Of a stretch of DNA of 64,000 bases, positions 13,157 to 23,957 are shown in pieces. This DNA comes from Heterodontus francisci (taxonomy: Eukaryota). The DNA lies in assembly GCF_036365525.1 (NCBI RefSeq), contig NC_090380.1:91746194-91810193 (forward strand), written 5' to 3'. Below the pieces are notes generated by a model that did no database searches, had not been told where the DNA came from, and worked only from the letters and a program-made list of their open reading frames with translations. Positions within the stretch are counted from its first letter, which is position 1; every line of letters begins with the position of its first letter. Both the position numbers and the translations under genes were made by a program.

Positions 13157-14429
13157 GTCATCGATCTGAAATGTTAAATCTGTTTCTCTTGCCGCAGATG
13201 CTACCAGACCTGCTGAGTATTTCCAGCATTTTCTGTTTTTCAGTAAGATAATTTGTGTTTGTTTTATATTATGTCAGAGTTCCAGTACAGCAATGACTTA
13301 GGAAGCAGGTGGGGCCCATACATTCCTGGGTGCAGTACTCCATATAGTCACATGTTCCAATTCCAGAACAGCAGAAATATCATGCCATCATCTGTATAGA
13401 CCTGCATGGGCATGCATTGGAGAATGGACATTAACAAAATTAAATTCACCCAGTATTTCAAAATAGTGCATATAAGACATTGCTGTGGGAAGTGCACAGC
13501 AGACTATAATTAGATGAGGCTTCACATGGTATGCTAGCATCAAATGCAATTCAACCCAAAGAACCAACCAGCAAATGGAGTCGAGGAGGTGTGCAGTTAC
13601 CATAGACTCCTCACCTTGGATGGCAAAGTGATTTCAGCAACTGACAAAAGGAAATGGAATATACCAAGTCACAGTTAGAATGACCTTATCCAGTCTTAAA
13701 CATAATTAGTCTATCATTCCCATGGCTGGGGAGGTGGCAGGTGGGTGGAGGAAAGGGAACTGACTTTCAATTTTTGTCTTTCACCCACAAATTATTTCAA
13801 ACTATAGGCAGAACAAAAGCACACTGGTCCGAAAGTTACACTGGATGGTAATTGGACCAAAATATCTGGTGAATGCTCCCCACTCCAGCAACACTGGAAA
13901 GAAGTAAAGAATGGACAAGAGCCAAATATTTTCCCCTTTCTCGGAACAGAGAAAACTCATCCTCTCACCAAAAGCTTTGGGGGTTCTGTGGGGGGAGGGG
14001 CAGTGTCAGGAGGTGGTCCAGGTCACAATCCAGCCCTGGGCCCCCGGATGGGCCATATTTCTGTCAGGGAAGGAGGTGGTATATCTTTTCTTGCTGAGCA
14101 CACTGGCTCCTGAAGATGCCTCAATCTTCTAAAAGCCAGAAGTTGTGGAGATTCTAAGTGCAGGAAACCCCCCACACCTGGCCCCATCTCTGGCCTCTTC
14201 CACCCTGACTCTAGCTTTGTAAAGGGTGGGAAGAGGTTCTGTATATCTGGGATGTAGTCTATTTTCTGGCAGTTTTTCTAAACTCCTTTGTACTTCTGGT
14301 GATTATGGAAGTTCACTGAAGGTACCAAGGAATTTCCACTCTATAGTCTTTTAACTGAAAGGACAGAAGGGAGTTTTATGTTGGCATTTGCCAAAATAGT
14401 TCAGCCATTTAGTTTCTTAGCAATCCAAA

Positions 14430-17400
14430 TTCTTCACCTTTTTATTTTTCAATATAATTTAATCTCAAACATAAATATCAAGGATTAGGACAAGGAGCAA
14501 TCTAGAGTAAAAACACTTAATTGGAGGAGGGCCAATTTCAGTGGAGTGAGAACAGATCTGACCCAGGTAAATTGGAATCAAAGATTGGCAGGCAAAACTG
14601 TAACAGAACAATGGGCTGCCTTTGAAGAGGAGATGGTTTGGGTACAGTCAAGGTATACTCATGAGAGGGAAAGGTAGGGCAAGCAAACTCAGAGCTCCAT
14701 GGATGATGAAAGAGATAGAGAGTAAGATGAAGCAGAAAAAAGATGCGCATGACAGATACCAGGTTGATAACACAAGTGAGAACCAGACTGAATATAGAAA
14801 GTTCAGAGGACAAGTGAAAAAAGAAATAAGAGAGGCAAAGAGAGGGTATGAGAAGAGACTGGCAACTAATATAAAAGAGAATCCAAAAGTCTTCTATAAG
14901 CATGTCAATAGTAAAAGGGTAGGGGTGGGACCAATTAGGGATCAAAATGGGGATCTATGCATTGAGGCAGTGGGCATGGCCGAGGTACTAAATGAGTACT
15001 TTGGCAGCATCTTCTTCCTTGGTAAAGACAGATGCAAAGTCATTATGAAAGAGGAGGTAATTGAGGTACAAGATGGGCTAAAAATTGATAAAGAGGTGTT
15101 AAAAAGGCTGCCTGTACTTCAAGGTGATAAGTCACCAGGACCGGATGGATGCATCCGAGGATACTGAGAGAAGTAAGGGAGGAATTGCGGAGGCACTGGC
15201 CATAATCTTCCAGTCCTCCTTATATACAGCCGTGGGGCTAGAGGACTGGAGAATTACAAATGTTACGCCCTTGTTCAAAAAGGGGTGTAAGGATAAACCC
15301 CGCAACTACAGGCCAGTCAGTTTTCGGTGGTGGGAACATTTTTAGAAACGATAATCTGGGACAAAGTTAGCAGTCACTTGGACAAGCGTGGATTAATTAA
15401 GGAAAGCCAGCACAGATTTGCATAAAGGACTGAGAGTGTTGGATAGTATTATAGAAAGAAGTAGTACCATATTAGATAGGAGCAAACTAAGAAGGACTGC
15501 GAGAAATACGAAGGCAGGTTTAAAATGCATATATGTAAACTGACAAAGTGTCGTGAGTAAGATTGGTGAGCTACAAGCAAAAATAGTTGTGTGGAAGTAT
15601 GATGTAATGGTAATAATGGAAACGTGGCTTTAAAATGGTGAGGATTGGGCTCTTAATATTCAAGGATACAAAGTGTTCAGCAAAGATAGGGAAGGATAAA
15701 AAGGAGGTGGGGTAGCAGTACTAATTGGGGAGGACATTGTAGTGTTGGAAAGAGAGGATGTCCTTGAGGGGGCAAAGACAGAATCCATTTGGTTAGAGTT
15801 AAGAAGCAAAACAGGTATGATTACACTACTGGGGGTATTAAATGGACCTCCAAATAGTAAGAGAGAGATAGAGGAGCAAATCTGCAGGGAAACCACAGAG
15901 ATGTGCAAAAAGTATAGAGTGGGTGATATTGGAGGGACTTTGATTACCCAATTATTGATTTAGATAATTTTAGAGAAAAGTGTAAGGAGGGGGAGGAACT
16001 TCTGAAATGTGTTCAGGAGAACTTCCTTGATCAGTATGTTTTCAGTCTAACTAGGATCTGGTACTGGGGAATGAGGCGTGGACCAAGTGTCTGTGGGGGA
16101 ACACTCAGGTAAGAGTGATCATCATATCATAAGGTTTAGACTAGTAATGGAGAAGAGCAAGGAACAAACTAAAGTAGAACTTCTAAATTGGAAGAGGGCT
16201 AAAATGCCAGGGCAAAATGGAACCAAAGATTGACAGAAAAAAAAACTGTAACTGAACAATGGCTGATCTTTAAGGACGAGATGTTTCAGATACAGGCTAG
16301 GTACATTCCAACAAGGGAGAAAGGTAGGGGAACCAAAGCCAGGAAAGGCTAGCATTTGACAAAATACCACATAAAAGGCTGGTTAATAAAATTGATGCTC
16401 ATGAAATTGGATTAAAAAATTGGCTTAAGGACAGAAAACAGCGAGTTGTAGTAAATGGTTGTTTTGCAGACTGGTGGATGGTTGACACTGGTGTTCCCCA
16501 AGGTTCAGTGCTAGGACCACTGCTTTTTTGATATTTATAAAGGACTTGGATATTGAAATACAGAGAAAAATTGCCAAATTTGCAGAATGTACCAAACTTG
16601 GAGGTGTAGCAAACCGTGACGATGATACCAATCAACTGCAACAGGACATAGATAGGCTAGTAGAATAGGCAGACAAGTGGAGATGGAATTTAATAAAGAG
16701 AAGTACGAGGTGATGCATTTTGGCAAAAGGGATAGGAACAGACTTAATGGCACAGTTTTAAATTGTGTGCAGAGACAGACGGACCTGAGGGTGCATGTGC
16801 ATAGATCTTTGAAGGTGGCAGGACATATTGAGAGGGTGGTTAGCAAAGTATATGGGATCTTGGGCTTCTTAATTAGCGATATTAAGTACAAAAGCAGGGA
16901 AGTTATGCTGAATCTTTATAAACTCTAGTTAGGCCACAGTTAGAGTATTGTGTCCAGTTCTGGTCACCACACTTTAGGAAGAACATGAGGGTCCTTGAGA
17001 AAATGCACAGGAGATTTACCAGAATGGTTCCAGTGATAAGGGATTTTAGGTACAAGTTCAGATTGAAGAAGTTGGAGTTGTTCTCCTTGGAGCAAAGGAG
17101 ATTGAAGAGAGATTTGATAGACCTGTACAAGATTATGACAAGTTTAGATGAGGTAGACAAAGAAAATCTGTTGCCATTAGCTGATGGTACATGGAATAGT
17201 GAACACAGATTTAAGGTTTTGAGCAAGAGATGCAGATGGGATTGAGGAAGGACGTTTTTACGCAGTGAGTGGTAATGACCTGGAACTTGCTGCCTAGGAG
17301 GGTGGTGGAAGTGGAGACAGTGAATGATTTCAAAAGGAAATTGGATGGGTACTTGAGGCAAATAAACTTGCAGGGCTATGGGGATAGAGCAGGGTAATGG

Positions 17401-17470
17401 GACTGATTGGATTGCTCTACAGAGAGCCGGCATAGACTTGATGGGTCGAATGGCCTCCTTCTGTGCCATA
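14430..17470 (+). mobile_element. Cluster of degenerate CR1 LINE fragments
   Basis: KENPKVFYKH, KSPGPDG, NYRPVS, GVPQGSVLGP-like and KYEVMHFG motifs, with frameshifts and rearranged order. Confidence 0.85.
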
Positions 17471-17480
17471 ATGTCTTTAT

Positions 17481-17850
17481 GGGCTGACTTTTATGGAGGT
17501 GGTGGGGTTCCTGAAGCGAAGCCAAAAATTCAGGGGGATCCCCAGGTCGTGTTTTACGGCGGTCAGGTAGTTAACTGCCAGCCGCCAGGGTTCCCGTTCC
17601 TTTAAGGACTGGGATTCTGCCTTCAAGAGTTGTTGGCCAATCAGAGGGTTGGCAGCTCAATGGCCTCAACAGAAGCACTGGAAGCAGTGGCCAATGCTGG
17701 AACTGCACCCAGCTAGAAGAGGCAACATGGAGGCCAGCGGCAGCTGTAAGAGACCATGGGCCTCAATTGGCCTCTGGGCAGGAAGGCTGTCCTCGAACTT
17801 CCCTGCCCTTGACAAAATTCAATAGCATCGGGAAGGCGACAGGCACTTGA
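17481..17850. mobile_element. Truncated GC-rich Harbinger-type MITE
   Basis: Begins gggctgacttttat, like the TIRs at 21017 and 34986. Confidence 0.45.
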
Positions 17851-18199
17851 CCACCCTAGGACTTGAAAAAGGACAGTGGTACCATGAATACGAAGTTAAC
17901 TGCGTGACAGGAAACCAAGAATAGGGGTGAACACTTGTTTCTCGGGCTGAAGGAAGGTATATTATGGGGTTCCCCAGAGATCAGTACTAGGACCCCCTGC
18001 TTTTCTCGGTATATATTATTGATCTAGACTTGTGTATACTGGGCACAATTTCAAAATTTGCAGCTGACACAAAACTTGTGAACTATGAAGAGGATACTGA
18101 TAGACTTTAAGAGGACACAGACAAGCTGGTGGAGTGGGCAGACACGTGGCACATGAAATTTAATACAGAGAAGTGTGAAGTAATACTTTTGGTAGGAGG

Positions 18200-20855
18200 T
18201 GTAATATTACTCATTCCTTTGGTATGTGAACTATTGTAAGATTCACAGGACTCCAAGATAACAACTAGAACTTAGCTACTGCAGGAGCCACACCAACACA
18301 CATCTCACACTGTCGGGCTACGCCCACAACTCCCTGGTCATGTGTGATGCAACATCACTTCCTCCGGTGACCTTCACTTACAGCCTCTGAAAGTGGTCCT
18401 CAAGATTGTCCCACAACATCCCCTTTTATTCCAAAGATAAAAATATGTACAATATACAATGATGTTGCAGCTCAGACTAACTATACATATTTAAAGCAAA
18501 CCGTTATTTATAAGTAAGTAAGTTTAGCACTCTCTAAAACGTAGAGGCGATTTGCTTATTCATCCCAAACTTGTTATCGTAAAATCTTCCCAAAGCTGAG
18601 CACGTCTTGACGACTTCTCTGAGACTCTGATGACTCAGATCTCTGGTTTGCATGTTCTTCCTTTGTGCTCACAGACTTAGTATATTCATCAGACTTTCTC
18701 TTTGAATGTGACCGCGATGCCACAGGGTTGTCACATGTAGCGTTGTTGTACAGCTCTCTGAGTTGACTTCAGTTGCATCTGAGAATCGCGCCATTTGGTG
18801 TCTGGACTTGGTAGGATCTGGGCTGGTTGTTCCCAACACATGATTAAGGACTCTGACTTTCAGTCCTGCTTGCAATCCGAGCTAATTCTGGTCCCGCTTA
18901 CTTGTCCTACAATGCCTTCTTCTTCCCTTCTTAGAAAGCTTAGAAAAATGATGACTGGCAACTTCACCAATCACTGGCAGTCCCACTGGCCTCAGGATAC
19001 TTGCTGCAACACATTGAAGCCCAAAGAGAGACTCCGGTCATATCACCTCTTCCTGTCACAACTCCCAGCCTTTGTGTAGTCCTTTACGTGGACTGACCCA
19101 ATACACTCGACCTGGATATTTTCCAGTATCTTCGATGCGTTAGTGACTTCATATATTGTGACAATTTGTAAATCTCAGCATGCTGGATGCCCTGCAACAG
19201 CTGGTCCAGTGGTGTCTACAATGTAAAACATTTGTGGAGGCCGTTCTGAGCTCCCATAGCTGCACTGCAAGGTTATCCTTCCAATGTACTTGATTGAAGA
19301 ACCATTGTAGGCAGTCAGCCTAGCCATGATGGGTCGCACCATAAATTCCCATATCTTTAAGTACACGTCCTTCACTATACAGATGAGCAAAATATTTGCA
19401 GTTGCTCCTGTGTAGATTTTTACTCTGAGCTTGTGCTTGACAGTCCTCTGTGCCTTACAATCCCGATCATGGCGAATGCCTCAGATTGCATAAAAGCATT
19501 GACATGATGATCCAAATTAACTATGTGAAATGCCTACTCGTTCTTTGTACGAGTGCATTCTTCATCCATGTCCTCCTGACAATCTGTCTCTCTGCTGACC
19601 CAGTGTACTGGTTTGGGCTTTTGTTGTGTGTTTGCCATATCTTTTGTTGCGTTTGCCATCCTGTCTTGCAGACGTTCTCTCTGCCACCATTCCTGTGTGC
19701 AGTATCTGAGCTCGACCTGCTGCACTGCCTTGCCTAATGTCCTTGCATGCCACAAACTTTACCCTGGTCCTGCTATGCCAGACAACTGCGAATTGGTTGA
19801 GTCAGGCCACATTTGCCATAAAGCTTAGCAGATTTCTGACTTGTGGTTACCATACCAATTGTGGTAGCCATCCCCAACACTTGTAACTATTGGCACTCAG
19901 CCATGATGGCTTCAAATTTCCTTCCATTATTAACTAGTGCATGTATGGTGTTCCCTTTCTTCATTTCTAGCAGGTCTTTTTGAAAGGCCTCTATTGGAGT
20001 AGACACACTCCAGAACCTGTTCGGACAATTCAATATCTGCGAAGTTGCATTCTTGAGCTTTGTCTTGGCACCTTGCAACAAACTGGTCAATGGACTTATC
20101 TTGCCTTTGCCAGTTGGTCATCAGCTCAAGCCTATATACCCGGAAATTGACCTTCATCTTGAGTTGCTCCTCTGGGATGTCCATAGCTTGCTAGGGTCCT
20201 TCTGATCCTCAGCTGACAATCCTGATGTGTTGATCCAAGCCCTCATTGCCCAGTGTGATTTTGATTTCACAGCTTGTTTCTCTGGTTTTCTCACTTCTTA
20301 ATCCAGGAAACACAGTTCCAACTGTTGTTGAAACAGTTTAAATTCAGGCGCTATGTCCGACACCTTCCAATCCATACTTGGATACCTGAAAGCCTTTTTC
20401 TGGGTAATCCTGCTTTTTATTTTACAAATGTAGGACTTTTCACAGGCTTTCTTTTTCACAGGCACAATTCTTTTACAGGCTCTCTGCTTTACATGTTTTT
20501 TGTCCTACAGGTAGAGCGTTCTATTTCCTATTTTAGACAGATTTGTTTTTGCAGACCTGTCCCTAAGAGTGAGGTAACAGCTGATTTCTTTGTTTACACA
20601 GCTTATTCAATTTTTTTAAAATGGAGAAAGCACCTTTCATTGCTTATACAAGCTGATTCATTTTTTAAACTGACAGATCAGTTTTTATCACTCTGCTGAG
20701 CTGTAGCTAGCAGTATTGGCAACTGCCACAACCAGTCTTTTGCTTTGTGCTGGACCTCCAGTGGCGCTGTTCAGCTGTTCCCGCTCTTTTTGGATTAGGC
20801 TCTGCCCATGAAGCAAAAAAAAGGGAAAACTACCTTTTAAGGTTGTCCCACAACA
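18200..20855 (-). mobile_element. Internally deleted Gypsy LTR element B (gag + protease + integrase tail, no RT)
   Basis: ggagg TSD (18195-18199, 20856-20860). LTR 18200-18418 plus PPT; only ~17 bp of the other LTR remains. Gag NFRVYRLELM and protease region at ~19175-19440. Confidence 0.85.
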
Positions 20856-21016
20856 GGAGGAACGATCAGAGACAATATAAAATAGAGGGATTCTAAAGTG
20901 GGTGCAGAAATAGAGAAACCTGGGGTATATGTGCACAAATTGTTGAAGGTGGCAGGGCAGTTTGAGAAAGCAGTTGAAAGGCATACGAGATCCTGGGTTT
21001 TATAAATAGAGACATA

Positions 21017-21843
21017 GGGCTGGATTTTAAGTGCCAGGCACCAGGAGTGGTGGTAGACAAGAAAAATGGTGGCCTGCATGTGTGTACCACATGCCCTGAG
21101 CTGCCATGATCTACTGCGTGGTGGCTCATTTAAATACCCCAATCGCTCCCACCCCATCACATGGAGTGAGGGGGGGGGTGCTTTCCAAAGCTGGCAATGG
21201 CGTCAGCCGCCTGTGCGCAGGCACTGGTGCCACTTTTAAAGGTCAGCCAGCCCTGCCAGTTAATTTAAATTTTTAAAGGGAAACAGCACCCCCCCCCCCA
21301 CTGTTGAAATCAAATTGCCAATGCCCCTATCCCACCCCCCAATAAAATTAAAACTAAGTATCTGCCCTTTCCCTCCCAAAACACTTACCTTACAAACATG
21401 ACCTTCCCCCCCAAAAATTGTACAAAGTTCACAGTTCACCCCTTCCCACCATCCCCTACACTAATGACGTAATTCGTTCCCATTTCCGCAACCCGGCAAT
21501 AAAAATCTTGTGTTCCCGCCTTCCCCACCAGTGTGGCACCTGCTTTCCCCAGACAGGAAGGCATGGGAATGCCGGCCGCTGCTCTGAAGATTGCAGCGGG
21601 CCCGTAAGATGGCAGGTAAATGGTATTTTAATTTATTTATTTTATTGATTAACATATTTAAATCCAGGTCCTGTCACCCAGCGGTGGGGGGGGCGGGGGG
21701 CAGCCACGGAGCCTCGCCACTACAGGAAAGATGGTGCCCAGCCCTCCCGGCGCCAGGCTCCATGGTGGGCCACTGCCACAACAATCTTCCAGCCGCCCCC
21801 CTGCCACGGAGTCCGCTGTTGGGAGTCTTGTAAAATCCAGCCC
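21017..21843. mobile_element. PIF/Harbinger-type MITE
   Basis: TIR gggctggatttta / taaaatccagccc; 3-bp TSD ata/gta. Confidence 0.8.
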
Positions 21844-22496
21844 GTAGAATGCAAAAGCAAGGAGATTATGATGAACCTTTATAAAACATTGGTTCAGCCT
21901 CAACTGGAGTATTATGTCCAATTCTGGGCACCACAATGTAGGAAGAATGTGAAGGCATTGGAGAGAGTGCAATGTTTCAAGAATGTTTCCAGGGACGAGG
22001 GACTTCAGTTACGTGGATAGATTGGAAAAGCTGTGACTGTTCTCCTTAGAGAAGAGAAGGTTGAGAGGAAATTTGATAGAGGTGTTCAAAATCAAAACGA
22101 AGGGTCTAGGCAGAGCAGATGGAGAGAATATTTTCTCATTGGCAGAAGGGTTGAGAACCAGAAGGCACTGATATAAGGTGAAGGGCAAAAGAACCAGCAG
22201 CAACATTGAGGAAAAACTTTTTACACAGTGAATGGTTAGGATCTGGAATGCACTACCTGTGGTGGAGGCAGATTTAATCGAGGCTTTCAAAAGGGAGTTG
22301 GATAATTATCTGAGAGAAAAAAATTTGCATGGCTACGGGGAATAGGGCTGAAGAGTGGGATTAATGGAGTTTCTCTTGCAGAGAGCAGGCACCGACATGA
22401 CAGGCTGAATGGCCTCCTACTGTGCTGTAACAGTTCTATGATTCTATAAAGTAGTTATATATACCTATGAAACTTTTTCTTTTAATTTCTTTGTAG

Positions 22497-23593
22497 GAGC
22501 CATCAGTGTCATTCTAAGCCATAGCCAAAGTGCAGAAGAATTGCTAAAACGCAGGAAGGTTGTGCGAGAGACAATATTGAAGTACTTAATCAAACATGAT
22601 GTAGTCATATCAGCTTCATCAGACAAACAGCAACTTATTAATAAGGCTTTGGTCTATTGGATATATCAAGAATGGAAGAGAAATGAGTCAACAGATCAAA
22701 CAAAATGCCAGCTTCTGGGGCAAGTTAGAAAACAAGATTTGGAGCAAAAGGTAACACAGGAAATTGAAAATACAAAGGTAGAAGCAATGGTACAAGAAGT
22801 CAAGGCAGCAAGGAGAGAATTGGAGCAAGCAAGACAAACAGAGGAGCAGCTGAGAAGACAAGTGGAAGAGCAGACAAGAAAACGAGTGGAGGAGCAGACG
22901 AAGAGGCGAGCAGAGGAGCAGTTGAGAAAACAAATGGAGGAGCAAACGAAGAGGCGAGCAGAGGAGCAGCTGAAAAAACAAATGGAGGAGCAGATGAAGA
23001 GGCGAGCAGAGGAGCAGCTGAGAAAACAAATGGAGGAGCAGACAAAGAGGCGAGCAGAGGAGCAGCTGAGAAAACAAATGGAGGAGCAGACGAAGAGGCG
23101 AGCAGAGGAGCAGCTGAGAAAACAGGTGGAAGAGCAGACGAAGAGGCGAGCAGAGGAGCAGCTGAGAAAACAAATGGAGGAGCAAACGAAGAGGCGAGCA
23201 GAGGAGCAGCTGAAAAAACAAATGGAGGAGCAGACGAAGAGGCGAGCAGAGGAGCAGCTGAGAAAACAGGTGGAAGAGCAGACGAAGAGGCGAGCAGAAG
23301 AGCAGCTGAGAAAACAAGTGGAAGAGCAGACGAAGAGGCGAGCAGAGGAGCTGCGGAGAAAACAAATGGAGGAGCAAACGAAGAGGCGAGCAGAGAAGCA
23401 GCTGAGAAAACAAATGGAGGAGCAGGCAAGGAAAGAAGAGGAGAAACAGATAAGACGAGCAGAGGAGCAGGCGGGAAGAGAATTGGAAGAGCAAATTAAG
23501 AGACAAGTGCAGGAGCAAATGATGAAACAAGAACAGGATGAGGCAAAGAGGCAGCTGGGAATACAAATGAATATACATTTAAATGTTACACAG
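22497..23593 (+). CDS. C3orf38: C3orf38-like copy 2, coding exon 2 (with charged repeat expansion)
   Basis: Acceptor ttgtag at 22496 is phase-compatible with exon 1. SQSAEELLKRRKVVRETILKYL matches C3orf38. Donor CAG|GTAATT, phase 0. Confidence 0.85.
22910..23437 (+). repeat. Coding minisatellite, 48-bp unit x ~11 (AEEQLRKQMEEQTKRR)
   Basis: Directly visible tandem repeat with an 8-aa sub-period. Confidence 0.95.
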
Positions 23594-23957
23594 GTAATTA
23601 CTGTTACATTGATAAATGCTTATCGCCTTGCAGAGATTTTGTGTCTGAGCCTCTGCATTATCAGAGTTTCCAAGAGGTGAATTTTCAGTGTTCTTATTTG
23701 AAAGAAGTAGTTCTTCCATTGGGCCCTATACTCATCAAAAGTGGGCACAATGTGCTATCCAGAAGAATTAAATTGCACAAACGATTGTGAGTGTAAAATG
23801 TACTCCAAGAAGGAATGAGATTGAGAATCACTTAGTGTTTTAAAAGGAGATAGATACTAAGGGATCTGTAAAGGGGTAGGGAATTGGGCTGAAAAAGATC
23901 GAGCTGCTGTGGCTGACAAAATGGTAGCTAAGGCTGGATAGGTCAAGTGACTTTTTT

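Larger units (their letters stand above)
17860..22447 (+). mobile_element. CR1 RT/3' fragment split by LTR element B and a MITE
   Basis: CR1 reading resumes across 18199/20856 and 21016/21844; (ttctatga)n tail near 22440. Confidence 0.8.

Noticed and set aside
22910-23437. CRISPR-like regular array
   Set aside because: No unique spacers; it is an in-frame coding minisatellite in a eukaryotic exon.
22688-23578. Long antisense ORFs (296 and 209 aa)
   Set aside because: Shadow frames of the purine-rich 48-bp coding repeat.
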